Virus record (IMG/VR): IMGVR_UViG_3300045988_033140
Span: 41,447-105,446 of that record
Source of the DNA: a virus
Direction: 5' to 3' (one strand)
Length of the DNA: 64,000 nucleotides
Shown here piece by piece: positions 31,040 to 41,156 of this stretch (position 1 is its first letter; each line of letters opens with the position of its first letter). The position numbers and the translations under genes were made by a program. The notes under the pieces are model-generated. The model saw only the letters and a program-made list of their open reading frames with translations. It had not been told where the DNA came from and did no database searches.

Positions 31040-32184
31040 CAAAAAATTTCTGATATTACGCAATCTTTTGCATCCTTATCGTCTCTTTTACACTTGAAGA
31101 CAGGATGCCGCAAAGTATGCTCTTTCTTATCAATTTGCATACAATCAAGAGCAATAACATGACCAAGCCACAAATCGGGATTCTCAGTCATCTCTCTCTT
31201 ATTATCGTCAGTTAATCCAGAACTAACTGTACCTAAGTCAACAAGTTCCCCATTATCATTGTACGCACCAATCCTAATTGCGGTTTTCCAGCCAAGAAAA
31301 TAAGGCTTAGTTACGGGTCTGTAAATATGAGGATTATGAAAATAATCTTCATAATATTGACCTTCACTTAATAGCCAAGTATATTCACCATCTTGACTTC
31401 GCTCACCGCGCTCTTCCCAATATTCCCAAGTGGCCAATTCCTTACCGGTATACTCCTTTGTAGCATCGCAAAAACCAGTACAAATTAAATCAATAGAATC
31501 CATCTGTTTAACTTTAATAGTAGACCAGGCGGGTCTTTTACCAGGGGTATATGGATAGTCTTTCTTCTTTAGAACTGCACCTTCGCCGCCAGATTTCAAG
31601 ATACGAGAGATTTCAGCTTCCATATCTTCGTCAACACGAGTAGCAAGTCTCAAGAAACTGTACTGGTTGAGATCATGTTTCTTCCAGATTGCTGCAAGAA
31701 TTTTATAGCGCAAATCCGCTGGTGAGTCAATAAGATTGACTGTATCATATGCAATAATATCATGCACATAATAATGGATTGGTTCTTTCTCTTGTCTCTT
31801 GATAGCAAGAGCAGGTAAACACCCCATAATACTTACAGTATCTTTCGATGTACCGCCGGGAACATAAATTTCTCCAATGAGAATTGTTCCTGCGGGAAGG
31901 CAGTTCAATGCCTCTTTTAAGTGGGGTACATTGTCACTTTTTTCTGTAAGGATACCAGATAGTTTACTTACTGTGCGACCAAAAAGATAAGAATGATTTT
32001 CAGTTTTTACAAACTGATAAAATGCTCCGTCAATCTTCTCTTCAAGAAAATATTCCCCATTAGAACATACTTCAGAGAGCATGGATTCCTTTCCCGCAGG
32101 CAACTTCCAAATAAGCATTGGCTCAATCATTAAGTTTTCTGCTTCAGGATATAATTCATGTATCTTATCTTTATCAAAACTCAT
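31036..32184 (-). CDS. ATP-dependent DNA ligase
   Basis: Adenylation motif KIDGAF and OB-fold C-terminus. 382 aa. Confidence 0.85.
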   Translation of the reverse strand: MSFDKDKIHELYPEAENLMIEPMLIWKLPAGKESMLSEVCSNGEYFLEEKIDGAFYQFVKTENHSYLFGRTVSKLSGILTEKSDNVPHLKEALNCLPAGTILIGEIYVPGGTSKDTVSIMGCLPALAIKRQEKEPIHYYVHDIIAYDTVNLIDSPADLRYKILAAIWKKHDLNQYSFLRLATRVDEDMEAEISRILKSGGEGAVLKKKDYPYTPGKRPAWSTIKVKQMDSIDLICTGFCDATKEYTGKELATWEYWEERGERSQDGEYTWLLSEGQYYEDYFHNPHIYRPVTKPYFLGWKTAIRIGAYNDNGELVDLGTVSSGLTDDNKREMTENPDLWLGHVIALDCMQIDKKEHTLRHPVFKCKRDDKDAKDCVISEIFC

Positions 32185-32209
32185 TTATTGTTATTCCCTT
32201 TCTTTATAT

Positions 32210-32241
32210 AAATATATTATAATAATTAAAAAGAAAAGTCA
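32210..32241 (-). promoter_or_regulatory. Sigma70-like promoter (TTGACT-17-TAATAT) upstream of the ligase gene
   Basis: Seen on the minus strand between the topoisomerase A stop and the ligase start. Coordinates approximate. Confidence 0.35.
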
Positions 32242-32276
32242 ACTAAGAGAAAGAATGGGTGTACCCATTCTTTCTC

Positions 32277-34640
32277 TTATACTTGCGTAATAGAAATCAC
32301 TTGTTCGTTGTTCTTCAGCATGATATTGCCCATGGAAATTCGCCCAAGAGTGGGAACGTCTTTACCGCTAATAACAATAGAAGACTTATCGCCATTGATA
32401 AGGAGATTATCACTTTCTTTGATAATCTCCGCTCCGGCGATTTCTCCCTTATAGCAGAGTAATCCCTTGCCTCCCCGGTTCTGCAAAGTAAGTCCATCAA
32501 TCTGCATTTTCTTACCTAAGCCATTCTTGGAAACAATAGCGAGATAATCTGCGGGATCCACGATCGGCAATGCCGCGATTACACTGTCGCCATCATTTAG
32601 TTTCATGCCCTTGACACCTTGCGCTGTGCGAGAAGAGATAGGCATTTCCGCGGTTCCAAATCGAATAGCCATACCATTCTTTGTTACCAATAACATTTGC
32701 TCTTGATTGATAAATGTAACATCTGCAAGTTCATCGCCATCTTTAAAACTGATAGCGATAATACCCGTACGTTTCATCTTATCATATTCATCAAGAGGAA
32801 CCTTCTTGATAGTACCATTCTTCGTGGCAAAGAAGATAAACTTCTTATCTGTATCTCTGGTCATTGTTGTAAATGCCATAGGTTTCTCGCCATTCTCAAA
32901 CTCAATTAGGGTGGAGATAGGCGTTCCGTTAGACGCATTTGTACCTTCTGGGATATTATCCACTAATACACGATACATCTTGCCCTTAGAGGAGAATACC
33001 ATCAAGGTATCTTGTGTATTAGTTTTTTGCGAGAAGAGAACAATATCACCGGTTTTAACACCAGTAGTATTACGTTTTTGAGCTTTGAAGTTCTTAGCAT
33101 CAATACGCTTAATAGTATTCTTTTTAGTCACTACAACTACGCAATCTTTCGGCTCAACAACGACTACTTCTTTCTCTTGCTTAGGAATGTCTGTATTAAG
33201 TAGCTTAGTTCTGCGAGCATCGCCATAAGTGTCTCTTAGCTGAGTAATCTTAGAGATTAAGACTTTATTTCTTACTTCTTTATCAGTTAGGATTTCAATA
33301 CACTTAGCAATAAACTCTTTCTTTTCTTTTAACTCATTGACCAATTCTTCTTTATCAATACGAGTTAATTTACCGAGTTTCATATCGAGAATTGCGTTTG
33401 CCTGCACTTCATCAACAGAGAGAAAATCCATTAGTTTAGCTCTCGCATCGGCTCGCCCCGCAGATTGTTTAATCAATGCAATTACTTCATCAATCTTATC
33501 AACCGCGGCAATCAGACCCTCAAGGATATGTGCTCTTGCTTCAGCTTTCTCTTTATCGAAAGTTGTGGCGTTAACAAGAACTTCCTCTTGATGGTTGACA
33601 TAAGCATGAAGTAAGTCAACCATAGAGCATAGCTTAGGAGTGCCATTGACGATATAATTCATGTTATAGGATAAAGTGGACTGTAAATCTGTCAGCAAGA
33701 ATAATTTATTCAATGCTTTAGATACAGATACTCCATCTTTTACATGGAATACCAGCTTGTTCTGGCCGATATTAGATTCATCGTCGAAGTCATCAATCAA
33801 CTCACTCAAAACATCAATATTCTTCTCAATCTGTTCCTTAATCTTATTGCGGTAGGTGCGATAAGGGATACTGGTAAAAATAATGTCTTGCCCATCAATC
33901 TCATAATCACCCTGGATTTTTAGAGAGATATTAGACTTACCGGACGCAAAAGCCGCCCGCACATCTTTAATATTAAGAACTGTACCGCCGAGAGGAAAGT
34001 CTGGACCAGGGATGTAAGATAGCACTTCATCAATAGTTAGGTCCCCCTTTTCAATCAAAGCAATAGCAGCATTACATACCTCTGTCAGATTGTGCGGAGC
34101 GGAGTTATGCGCCATAGAAATACCGATTGCCTGACGACCGTTACAGATTGCGTTAGGGAATAGTGAAGGAAGAATGATAGGTTCCTGGAACTCACCATTA
34201 TAAGTCTCTTTAGTAGGAACGACATTCTTACTAAAGTCATTCATCATCAAATCGGTAAACTTAGAAGGTTTAGCCTCAGTATAACGGGAAGACGAGAACA
34301 TATCGTTATTTTCCTGCGTGCCCAACTGTCCCTGTCCAGTTACAAGAGGATAGCGCATGAGGAACTCCTGCGCCATCTTCCGCAGAACACCATAGCAGGC
34401 AATATCACCATGGAAGTAAGAGGTTGCCAGAGTAGAACCAATAATGGCATTACACTTTTTAGTCTTGCTCTTGTTATCCATCTTTAGATAACTTTCCATA
34501 GTCCAAAGAATCTTTCGCTGAGCGCTAAGGAGACCATCTTCCGCGGCAGGAATCGCACGATCGGTTAGAACTTCTTCTGCATAAGTTAGAAAGTTATCTT
34601 TAGCTTCATCAAGAATATCAACTTCTGTAATCAAACTCAT
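32277..34640 (-). CDS. Type II topoisomerase, A (breakage-reunion, GyrA/ParC-like) subunit
   Basis: Intact 787-aa ORF with the TOP4c domain (AAEDGLLSAQRKILW, active-site region). Confidence 0.85.
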   Translation of the reverse strand: MSLITEVDILDEAKDNFLTYAEEVLTDRAIPAAEDGLLSAQRKILWTMESYLKMDNKSKTKKCNAIIGSTLATSYFHGDIACYGVLRKMAQEFLMRYPLVTGQGQLGTQENNDMFSSSRYTEAKPSKFTDLMMNDFSKNVVPTKETYNGEFQEPIILPSLFPNAICNGRQAIGISMAHNSAPHNLTEVCNAAIALIEKGDLTIDEVLSYIPGPDFPLGGTVLNIKDVRAAFASGKSNISLKIQGDYEIDGQDIIFTSIPYRTYRNKIKEQIEKNIDVLSELIDDFDDESNIGQNKLVFHVKDGVSVSKALNKLFLLTDLQSTLSYNMNYIVNGTPKLCSMVDLLHAYVNHQEEVLVNATTFDKEKAEARAHILEGLIAAVDKIDEVIALIKQSAGRADARAKLMDFLSVDEVQANAILDMKLGKLTRIDKEELVNELKEKKEFIAKCIEILTDKEVRNKVLISKITQLRDTYGDARRTKLLNTDIPKQEKEVVVVEPKDCVVVVTKKNTIKRIDAKNFKAQKRNTTGVKTGDIVLFSQKTNTQDTLMVFSSKGKMYRVLVDNIPEGTNASNGTPISTLIEFENGEKPMAFTTMTRDTDKKFIFFATKNGTIKKVPLDEYDKMKRTGIIAISFKDGDELADVTFINQEQMLLVTKNGMAIRFGTAEMPISSRTAQGVKGMKLNDGDSVIAALPIVDPADYLAIVSKNGLGKKMQIDGLTLQNRGGKGLLCYKGEIAGAEIIKESDNLLINGDKSSIVISGKDVPTLGRISMGNIMLKNNEQVISITQV

Positions 34641-34654
34641 AAAATCACTCCTTA

Positions 34655-36553
34655 TTACTCAAAATTGAAACCGAGTTCGTTAGCATTATCGTAGATATAC
34701 TGCTTGCGAGGTTCAACTGCGCTACCCATCAGAATATTAAGTAATTCTGTGGTTTTCTCGGCGTCAGAGATAGAAATACGCTTGTATCTCTCGTTCATAA
34801 AGCAGACCTTCTGCAAATCTTCAGGATTCAACTCGCCAAGGCCCTTAGCACGCAGTAAGTCATACGAACCACTATGGCTATTTTTCCACTCTGTTAATTC
34901 ATCTTCCGAATAGCAATAATATTCTTTTCCCTTTTGACGAATAATATACAATGGAGTTACAGCTCTATATAGTTTACCAGCTTCCACGAGAGGCCGCATA
35001 TAGGTATAGAAGAAAGTGATAAGCAAAAGCTCAATGTCTGCGCCATCACTATCTGCATCAGAAGTAATGACAATCTTATCAAAATTCATCTTATTAACAT
35101 CAAAAGAAGAATCAAATCCCGCGCCAATTACACGCACAATATCTGACATCTCTTGATTCGCAAGAATCTTGTCTACCGCAGTTTTCAGCGGAGAGACAAT
35201 CTTTCCTCGTAGCATATAGATGCAGTCAGTCTTGGGGTTGCGGGCCTCCACCGCAGATGCGCCTGCTGACAAGCCCTCTACGAGAAGAAGATTACGGTTT
35301 TTAGGATTCTTATTCGTGCAATCAATAAACTTGTTACTGATTTGCATTTTTGCCTTAAGGCCAGTTTCCTTTTTCGCTTTTACTCCACGAGCCGCGTCTC
35401 TTGCCTTACGAGCCGCTTCTCTAGCTTTACGAGCATTAAGTGCCTTATCCGCGATTCCCTTAATATCTTTCTCGTTTGCGGCAAACCAATACTGAAGCTC
35501 CTCAGCAATCGCCGCGGTAAAAGGTTTCATATCCAACTTAACAACTCTGCTCTTAGTCTGAGCGTCATATGCAACACCAGGAGCGGTTACATTAAAGGCA
35601 ATATACATACCTTCCTGACAATCTTCACCGGTGAGATTTTCGTCCTTATCTTTTAGCCACCCTTTTTCACGGAAGAACTTATTCATCTCTCTCGTGAGGA
35701 TGGTTTTAATTTGCGTAATATGCGGACCTGAATCTGTAAGACCGGTATTTACATAAGGAACAATGGTTGCAGAATAAGCATTTGTATAGGTCAGAACTAA
35801 ATCCAGCTTGTTCTTGCCATCAGAAAAATTGAAGTTTAAGCGGTTCTTCAAGATTTCCTTACCTTTAACTGCTTCATCTACTAAGTCCATCAGACCATTC
35901 TTAGAAGCGAAGACAACCTGCGGCTGCCCCTCTCTATTCAACTCGATAGTCAAACCGGGACACAGGCACGCAATTACCTTGAAAAGATTGATAATAACTG
36001 GCATATCTACTTCTGGATGCGTGAAGAACTCTTCATTAGGTTGCCACTGGACTAAAGTACCAGAAGGATGATCCTTATTAGCCCATGCACCGACGTCTCG
36101 CTTGTCAAAGACGCCTTCCTTGAACCAGATATGCTCATATCTACCATTTCGATGAGTAATTACCTCAAGCCAATGAGATAGATAAGTCGTCAGCTTACTA
36201 CCGATACCATTCAGACCGAGGGCAGTACCCTCATAAACGCCATCGTCAGAATACTTACCAGAAGTGTTCAATACGCTAAAGGATGCTTCGAGCACAGTTT
36301 TACCATCATCGCGTTTGGCATTAGGAATAAAACCCTGGCCATTATCTTCCACAATAATGGTATTATCATTCTTAATGGTAACAATAATCTTATTACCATG
36401 GCCTGCTTTAAATTCATCGACCGCGTTAGATACAATTTCAATCAATAGCTGAGTAGAATACTCAGTACTACCGACGTAAACGCCCGGCCGCAGTCTTGTA
36501 AACTCTAATGGAGAAAGTGACTCGATTGATTTCTCGTCATATAGTTTTCCCAT
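34655..36553 (-). CDS. Type II topoisomerase, B (GHKL ATPase + TOPRIM, GyrB/ParE-like) subunit
   Basis: GHKL Bergerat fold (EDNGQGFIP), TOPRIM (LLVEGLSAG) and C-terminal region. 632 aa. Confidence 0.85.
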   Translation of the reverse strand: MGKLYDEKSIESLSPLEFTRLRPGVYVGSTEYSTQLLIEIVSNAVDEFKAGHGNKIIVTIKNDNTIIVEDNGQGFIPNAKRDDGKTVLEASFSVLNTSGKYSDDGVYEGTALGLNGIGSKLTTYLSHWLEVITHRNGRYEHIWFKEGVFDKRDVGAWANKDHPSGTLVQWQPNEEFFTHPEVDMPVIINLFKVIACLCPGLTIELNREGQPQVVFASKNGLMDLVDEAVKGKEILKNRLNFNFSDGKNKLDLVLTYTNAYSATIVPYVNTGLTDSGPHITQIKTILTREMNKFFREKGWLKDKDENLTGEDCQEGMYIAFNVTAPGVAYDAQTKSRVVKLDMKPFTAAIAEELQYWFAANEKDIKGIADKALNARKAREAARKARDAARGVKAKKETGLKAKMQISNKFIDCTNKNPKNRNLLLVEGLSAGASAVEARNPKTDCIYMLRGKIVSPLKTAVDKILANQEMSDIVRVIGAGFDSSFDVNKMNFDKIVITSDADSDGADIELLLITFFYTYMRPLVEAGKLYRAVTPLYIIRQKGKEYYCYSEDELTEWKNSHSGSYDLLRAKGLGELNPEDLQKVCFMNERYKRISISDAEKTTELLNILMGSAVEPRKQYIYDNANELGFNFE

Positions 36554-36555
36554 AT

Positions 36556-37059
36556 TTAACCTCCATACATATCTAATACTTGCTGTTCTGTAATCTTGCC
36601 TGTTGCTAATTGGTCAGCAAGCTCATTAAACAGCGTTCCATTATGTCCTTTTACATATCTTAAATCAACCCGTAATCCTTCTTTAGTTGTTAATCTATCG
36701 TATTCGAGAATTAAGTCCTTATTCTCTAAAGGTTTATTGCCGGCACGGACCCAGCCATTCGCCTTCCAATTCTTAATCCAATTAGTGAAACTGTTGACAC
36801 AATACATAGAATCACTATAAACAATAGGAGTAAAGAAATCGCCGTCTTTCGCACCATAATGAGTTAATGCCCACAAAATTGCGGACATTTCCATTCTATT
36901 GTTTGTTGTTCCATCTGCGCGTTCAGAATATGCAGCGATAACTTTATAGGTTGACGGATCTTGATGCGGTTCCGCTTCGCAAACTATAACTCCAAAACCA
37001 CCTTTTGCGTCTTTCGTGCCATTCTTTAAGGTTGAGCCGTCTGTATATATCACTATCAT
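36556..37059 (-). CDS. rnhA: Ribonuclease H (RNase HI)
   Basis: MIVIYTDGS..GGFGVIV and catalytic DEDD-type residues. 167 aa. Confidence 0.85.
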   Translation of the reverse strand: MIVIYTDGSTLKNGTKDAKGGFGVIVCEAEPHQDPSTYKVIAAYSERADGTTNNRMEMSAILWALTHYGAKDGDFFTPIVYSDSMYCVNSFTNWIKNWKANGWVRAGNKPLENKDLILEYDRLTTKEGLRVDLRYVKGHNGTLFNELADQLATGKITEQQVLDMYGG

Positions 37060-37117
37060 TCGCTATACCTCAAATACTTCATTTATTTTTAAGTTCTCCT
37101 TTTTTATTTCTGAATAT

Positions 37118-37146
37118 ATAATACCATATATTTTATAAAAAATCAA
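37118..37146 (-). promoter_or_regulatory. Sigma70-like promoter (TTGATT-17-TATTAT) upstream of rnhA
   Basis: Seen on the minus strand. Confidence 0.4.
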
Positions 37147-37166
37147 GCTTAAAATAAGAAAAGGCT

Positions 37167-37196
37167 TAGTAGATTATTAAATCTACTAAGCCTTTA
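37167..37196. terminator. Terminator hairpin (GGCTTAGTAGATT-atta-AATCTACTAAGCC)
   Basis: Seen directly, 4 nt past the holin-like gene stop. Confidence 0.6.
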
Positions 37197-37199
37197 ATA

Positions 37200-37523
37200 T
37201 TAGATGGTTGCCTCATCCTCGATTATCTGCTGCTATTGTTGCTCACACATAGCTAAATCATAGGTAATTCCACCCTTGCGGTGATCAGATTTACTCATAT
37301 TTAAGTAAAAAGAACAAACAATACCATGCGCAGACCAGGGTAATCCTACTAATGCACTAATCCATGGAAGAGTGCCTAAATAGCCAAGATGTACGCAATA
37401 GAAAGCAAGAGCAATACCAGAGATAGTTACAATCCACAATAAAGAGCGAATATCGCAAATAAGTTGTTTAGAAAATTCTCTTTTCTAGTTGTGTCTTCTT
37501 TTTCCTCTTGTTTGACGAGTCAT
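37200..37523 (-). CDS. Holin-like small membrane protein (107 aa, 2 TM), 2 in-frame TAG
   Basis: ATG overlaps the endolysin stop (TAATG). TM segments WIVTISGIALAFYCVHLGYL and LPWISALVGLPWSAHGIVCSF, with a charged C-tail. The track shows only the 37233..37439 fragment. Confidence 0.5.
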
Positions 37524-38930
37524 TATTGACCACTCTTTTCAGCATAACGTTTTAGAACGGCTGCAAATTCGCCGCGAGTCATAAAACGCTTTGGCATTAA
37601 TTGACCCTTTTCATTGCCATTGATTAAGCCATTAGCTTGTGCCCAAGTCATCGCATCTTGTTCCCAAGTAACTGGTTGCGCAGCGAGCTGGCTTAAATAT
37701 ACATTCATCATTTCGTTGAATTTCTCTTGAGTCATATCTTCATCATCCTCCTCGATAACTTTAGACTGCATTAAAGCAGCAACATCTTTGCGAACAGTCG
37801 TCATATCTTTGCCATATTTCTTGAACCAGTGGTATACATCGGCATGATTACTGCCGAGACCCAACTGATAACTATCCTGATGACAGAGAATTGTTGGGAC
37901 TGTTACGCCATTTACATTTACAAAACCATTTGGATTGATATTATATGTTTTACATAAATAAGCTGTCAATTCGCAAGCTTCTTGGTAAACTTTAGCGAAG
38001 TAGTTGGGATCACTTAGATTGTCTTCGCAAATTTCAAATTGAATCCATCCAGTATTACAACTACCTTTAGACCCTGAGCCGCAACCCCAAGGTCTATAAT
38101 TCCAAGGTAACGTTTGTACTGCGGCTACACTTCCATCAGCAAGAGCACCAATCCAAGCGTTTACACCCGCTTGCTATGAGCTATGATTCCAATCGGTTCT
38201 ACTGGTATTTTTACCAATTTTAGCAATCAGAGATTGATAATTTTTATCATTCTCAGATGGTTGGACATAACGCTTAATAGTTTTATTATTAGCTCCTGTG
38301 CTATGCCAGAGTACACCTTTAATATCCATTTTACGGGTTTGTTTATAACAGGTACTATTAGTCATCATGCAAACCAATGGTTGATTGGCGTTTGAATATT
38401 TCATCTTAGCCATTTCCTCCTTTTGCGTTGAATATGTATTGAAATAACGTTGGCTGTATAAAGCCCGCTGTTTTAGCGCATCGGAACTTTGATCTGCCGG
38501 TCGTTCAAACTGAGTGACCACTAAATTAGATGCTTCTTCAACAGATGAGGTAGTCTTTAAGATTTTTAATAGCTAGGAATAACTTGTAGTTAGTTCCTGA
38601 TATAAAAAATCTAGTTGAGTGTTCAAGTCACCAATAGACTTTCCTCGACTTTTACACAGCTAAAACAGACCTTGTTTGCGGCTCTAATATGTCCATTGAG
38701 CTAAACCATATCCAGCAGAATCATGCGTGAAATTGGTATAGGAACCATTATCAACAGCCGCAGTATACGAGGCATCGTTCATTCCTAACTTGCTCTCATA
38801 TGAGTTCTATAAGTTAGTTGGAATAAGTCCACTTTCCGCGAATAGATTCCCCATTAGACCTGCGGCGCCGCAGTTATTTAATCCTTTTGATTTGAGATAA
38901 TCCCAAATAACTTGAGCATTATCTGCCAAT
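37523..38930 (-). CDS. Endolysin: Phage_lysozyme2-like domain + N-acetylmuramoyl-L-alanine amidase (Amidase_2) + C-terminal SLH domain; about 5 in-frame TAG
   Basis: TTG start 8 nt after GGAGGTGAGG. The N-terminal domain reads GNLFAESGLIPTNL[Q]NSYE..GYGLAQWTY[Q]SRKQGLF[Q]L..ELTTSYS[Q]LL..EASNLVVTQFERP. It continues in frame through TAG into the amidase_2 region and the SLH domain (WEQDAMTWAQANGLINGNEKGQLMPKRFMTRGEFAAVLKRY). The two track ORFs 38174..38521 and 37523..37969 are fragments. Confidence 0.75.
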
Positions 38931-38961
38931 AGCCTCACCTCCAATTAGGGTATAAAAATAG

Positions 38962-38986
38962 GTCGAGGGATTTCTCCCTCGACCTT
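38962..38986. terminator. Terminator hairpin (GGTCGAGGG-atttct-CCCTCGACC) with flanking T/A runs
   Basis: Seen directly, downstream of the phoH-like stop. Confidence 0.6.
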
Positions 38987-38990
38987 ATTA

Positions 38991-40265
38991 TTAAATTTTA
39001 TCAGCGATAGACGCAATCTCACTACGATAGATATTCTTAAGAGTTACCTCTCCATAAATATTCTTACCTCTGAATACTTTTGATACTCTCCGCATACCAT
39101 TATTTGCACCAGAGAAATGAATATCATCAACCTGAGTTTTTTCATCACCATCAATAATGCAAATACAATCTTCACCAACGCGCTGTAAAGCGAGTTTCAT
39201 TAGTGTGCGATCAAGGTTTTGAGCTTCAGAAATATAGATACCTGCGTTCATACCAGATGTATCATAACCACGAATATCAGAGAATGGTAGTAAAACTAGT
39301 TTACCTTCTGCGATTAGTCTCTCAACTTCCTCTCGACCGCCAAACTTACTACTTAGCAAGTTGCCAATCTGAGAGTCAAGTAGCTTTTCATCTTTTGTTC
39401 CAGGATAGTATCCGAGACGAGCAGAATTAGCAGTAGCAACAGTGTTGCAGAAGATAATAATCTTATCTAGTTCATGGGCTTCCAGTTTTGCCATTAAGTA
39501 AGCAAGAGAAACGAAAGTCTTGCCGCTACCAGCTGGACCTTTAACAAGAGTTAGCTTGTTATTACGCAAACTATCGAATAGCATCTTCTGATAAATATCT
39601 CCAGAGTATGGAGAAATTTTACCAAACCATTTAGAGTTAATAGTCTTAGAAGAAAGATATCTAAACTCTTCGCCTGTCCAAACCCGCAAATCAACAATCT
39701 CTCCATTACTATTTTTTAGGATAAGATACTGCCCTGGTAATAGATTAAAGGAATTATCGTTCGGGTTCTGGTAGAAATCTGCTAGAGCCTCGTCGCTATA
39801 AGTAACTTCAAGATAGCCAGTATAATCGTCTACTTCTTCTGAAACGCTTTCAATCATTCCATTACCAAAGAAGCAATTAGCGATATGCTTTAGACTTAAA
39901 TCGTTAGTTACAAAGACAATATCTTTTTCTTTGTCGCACGCGATAGCGTCAGACAAAATACGGGTATCATCAGTAATATCGAAATCAGCTTCTTTAATTA
40001 CAAGCTCGTTATATACTTTATGTGGAATTACTTCATATTTATCTGGATATTCTTCAAATAAATGGAGTAATAGACGCGCCGAATACTTGATGTCAGCATC
40101 CTTATTTGAAGCTGTCTTAATTCTCTCTAATTCTTTTAGGGTAATTGAGGAAACTAAGAAAGGATCCCTATCTTGCTCAAATAGACTTTCTCCGGCTAAC
40201 AAAAGGGAGCAAGTATCGTAGAAGTATCTATCTGTTGGAAACCGTACATCATTATTCATGGTCAT
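38991..40265 (-). CDS. PhoH-like ATPase with N-terminal PIN-like domain (PhoH2/YlaK-type)
   Basis: Walker A GPAGSGKT. The N-terminal PIN-like region begins MTMNNDVRF. Start chosen at an internal Met to avoid overlapping the upstream gene. Confidence 0.65.
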   Translation of the reverse strand: MTMNNDVRFPTDRYFYDTCSLLLAGESLFEQDRDPFLVSSITLKELERIKTASNKDADIKYSARLLLHLFEEYPDKYEVIPHKVYNELVIKEADFDITDDTRILSDAIACDKEKDIVFVTNDLSLKHIANCFFGNGMIESVSEEVDDYTGYLEVTYSDEALADFYQNPNDNSFNLLPGQYLILKNSNGEIVDLRVWTGEEFRYLSSKTINSKWFGKISPYSGDIYQKMLFDSLRNNKLTLVKGPAGSGKTFVSLAYLMAKLEAHELDKIIIFCNTVATANSARLGYYPGTKDEKLLDSQIGNLLSSKFGGREEVERLIAEGKLVLLPFSDIRGYDTSGMNAGIYISEAQNLDRTLMKLALQRVGEDCICIIDGDEKTQVDDIHFSGANNGMRRVSKVFRGKNIYGEVTLKNIYRSEIASIADKI

Positions 40266-40479
40266 CTTCCTCTTCGAATATAGTGGCAAATCCGATTGCC
40301 CCGGAATGAGTTTCTCCTTCACTAAGTTTATTAATCGCAACATTATGACGAACAATCCTTTCATTTATATTAGCTTTAATAAGTTCAATAGCACTTATAA
40401 TTTCGCTAATACTATTGAGTAAGGTGGCACCTACTGTGATAAGGAGAACTCCAATTAAAATATTTACCAATAAAACCAC
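40252..40479 (-). CDS. Small membrane protein (N-terminal TM, acidic C-terminus)
   Basis: 75-aa ORF. Start ambiguous (GTG/TTG near GAGGTG). Confidence 0.35.
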   Translation of the reverse strand: MVLLVNILIGVLLITVGATLLNSISEIISAIELIKANINERIVRHNVAINKLSEGETHSGAIGFATIFEEEDDHE

Positions 40480-40513
40480 CTCTTATATTATTATAATAAA
40501 TAAGAGAAGTTTG

Positions 40514-40978
40514 TTAATTATTCTCGGCCTTCTGTCTAAAGCGTTTGACAGACTCAATAGCTTTATCTTGACCAAGAATATATTTATGTAACATATTTTT
40601 CTCTTTATCAAGAGCCTCTTTAAGAGCGTCGGCTCTATATTTGCAGCGCATCATATTTCGATTAAAAGCGCCCAATGGGTCCACTTCCGCAGGAGTTTTA
40701 ACTCCAAGACCTAATACCTCTTGATAAAACTGATTACGAACATTAAACTTATCTTTCTCTTGTTTATAAAAATGTGTAAGAGCTTGGATTCTCGCTCTAG
40801 ATAGAGCAATGTTATATCCAACTTTTTTAGAGTAGAAGCCCTCATCCCTCTTGCTTAAATTAGCTGTACCACAAAAACTTTTGCCATTGTAACGAATTAT
40901 TACAACAGTAGCACCTTTTTCTTCCCAATATTCTTTCATAGTCACAGGAGCCTTATATATAGCTTTAACCAAATTCAT
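40514..40978 (-). CDS. Hypothetical protein (154 aa)
   Basis: Intact ORF. ATG 8 nt after GGAG. Confidence 0.45.
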   Translation of the reverse strand: MNLVKAIYKAPVTMKEYWEEKGATVVIIRYNGKSFCGTANLSKRDEGFYSKKVGYNIALSRARIQALTHFYKQEKDKFNVRNQFYQEVLGLGVKTPAEVDPLGAFNRNMMRCKYRADALKEALDKEKNMLHKYILGQDKAIESVKRFRQKAENN

Positions 40979-41119
40979 ATAGTTTTATTCTCCTTATTTA
41001 AATCTTTATCTATATGATAGCAAAATTTTATAGATAAATCAAATTTGCCCTATTTCTCCGAAAAATTTGCTGGGCCTATGCGTGCGGAAACTCGGAGATC
41101 GACGATACTAGCGACAAAA

Positions 41120-41152
41120 AAAAGAACCGCGCTCTTACGAACGCGGTTCTTT
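41120..41152. terminator. Terminator hairpin (GAACCGCG-loop-CGCGGTTC) flanked by A8 and TTTAAAA
   Basis: Seen directly, downstream of the SPFH gene stop. Confidence 0.65.
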
Positions 41153-41156
41153 AAAA

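Noticed and set aside
35220-35656. Plus-strand track ORFs 35220..35495 and 35342..35656 inside the topoisomerase B gene
   Set aside because: Antisense to a high-confidence conserved gene and lacking RBSs. Considered spurious.
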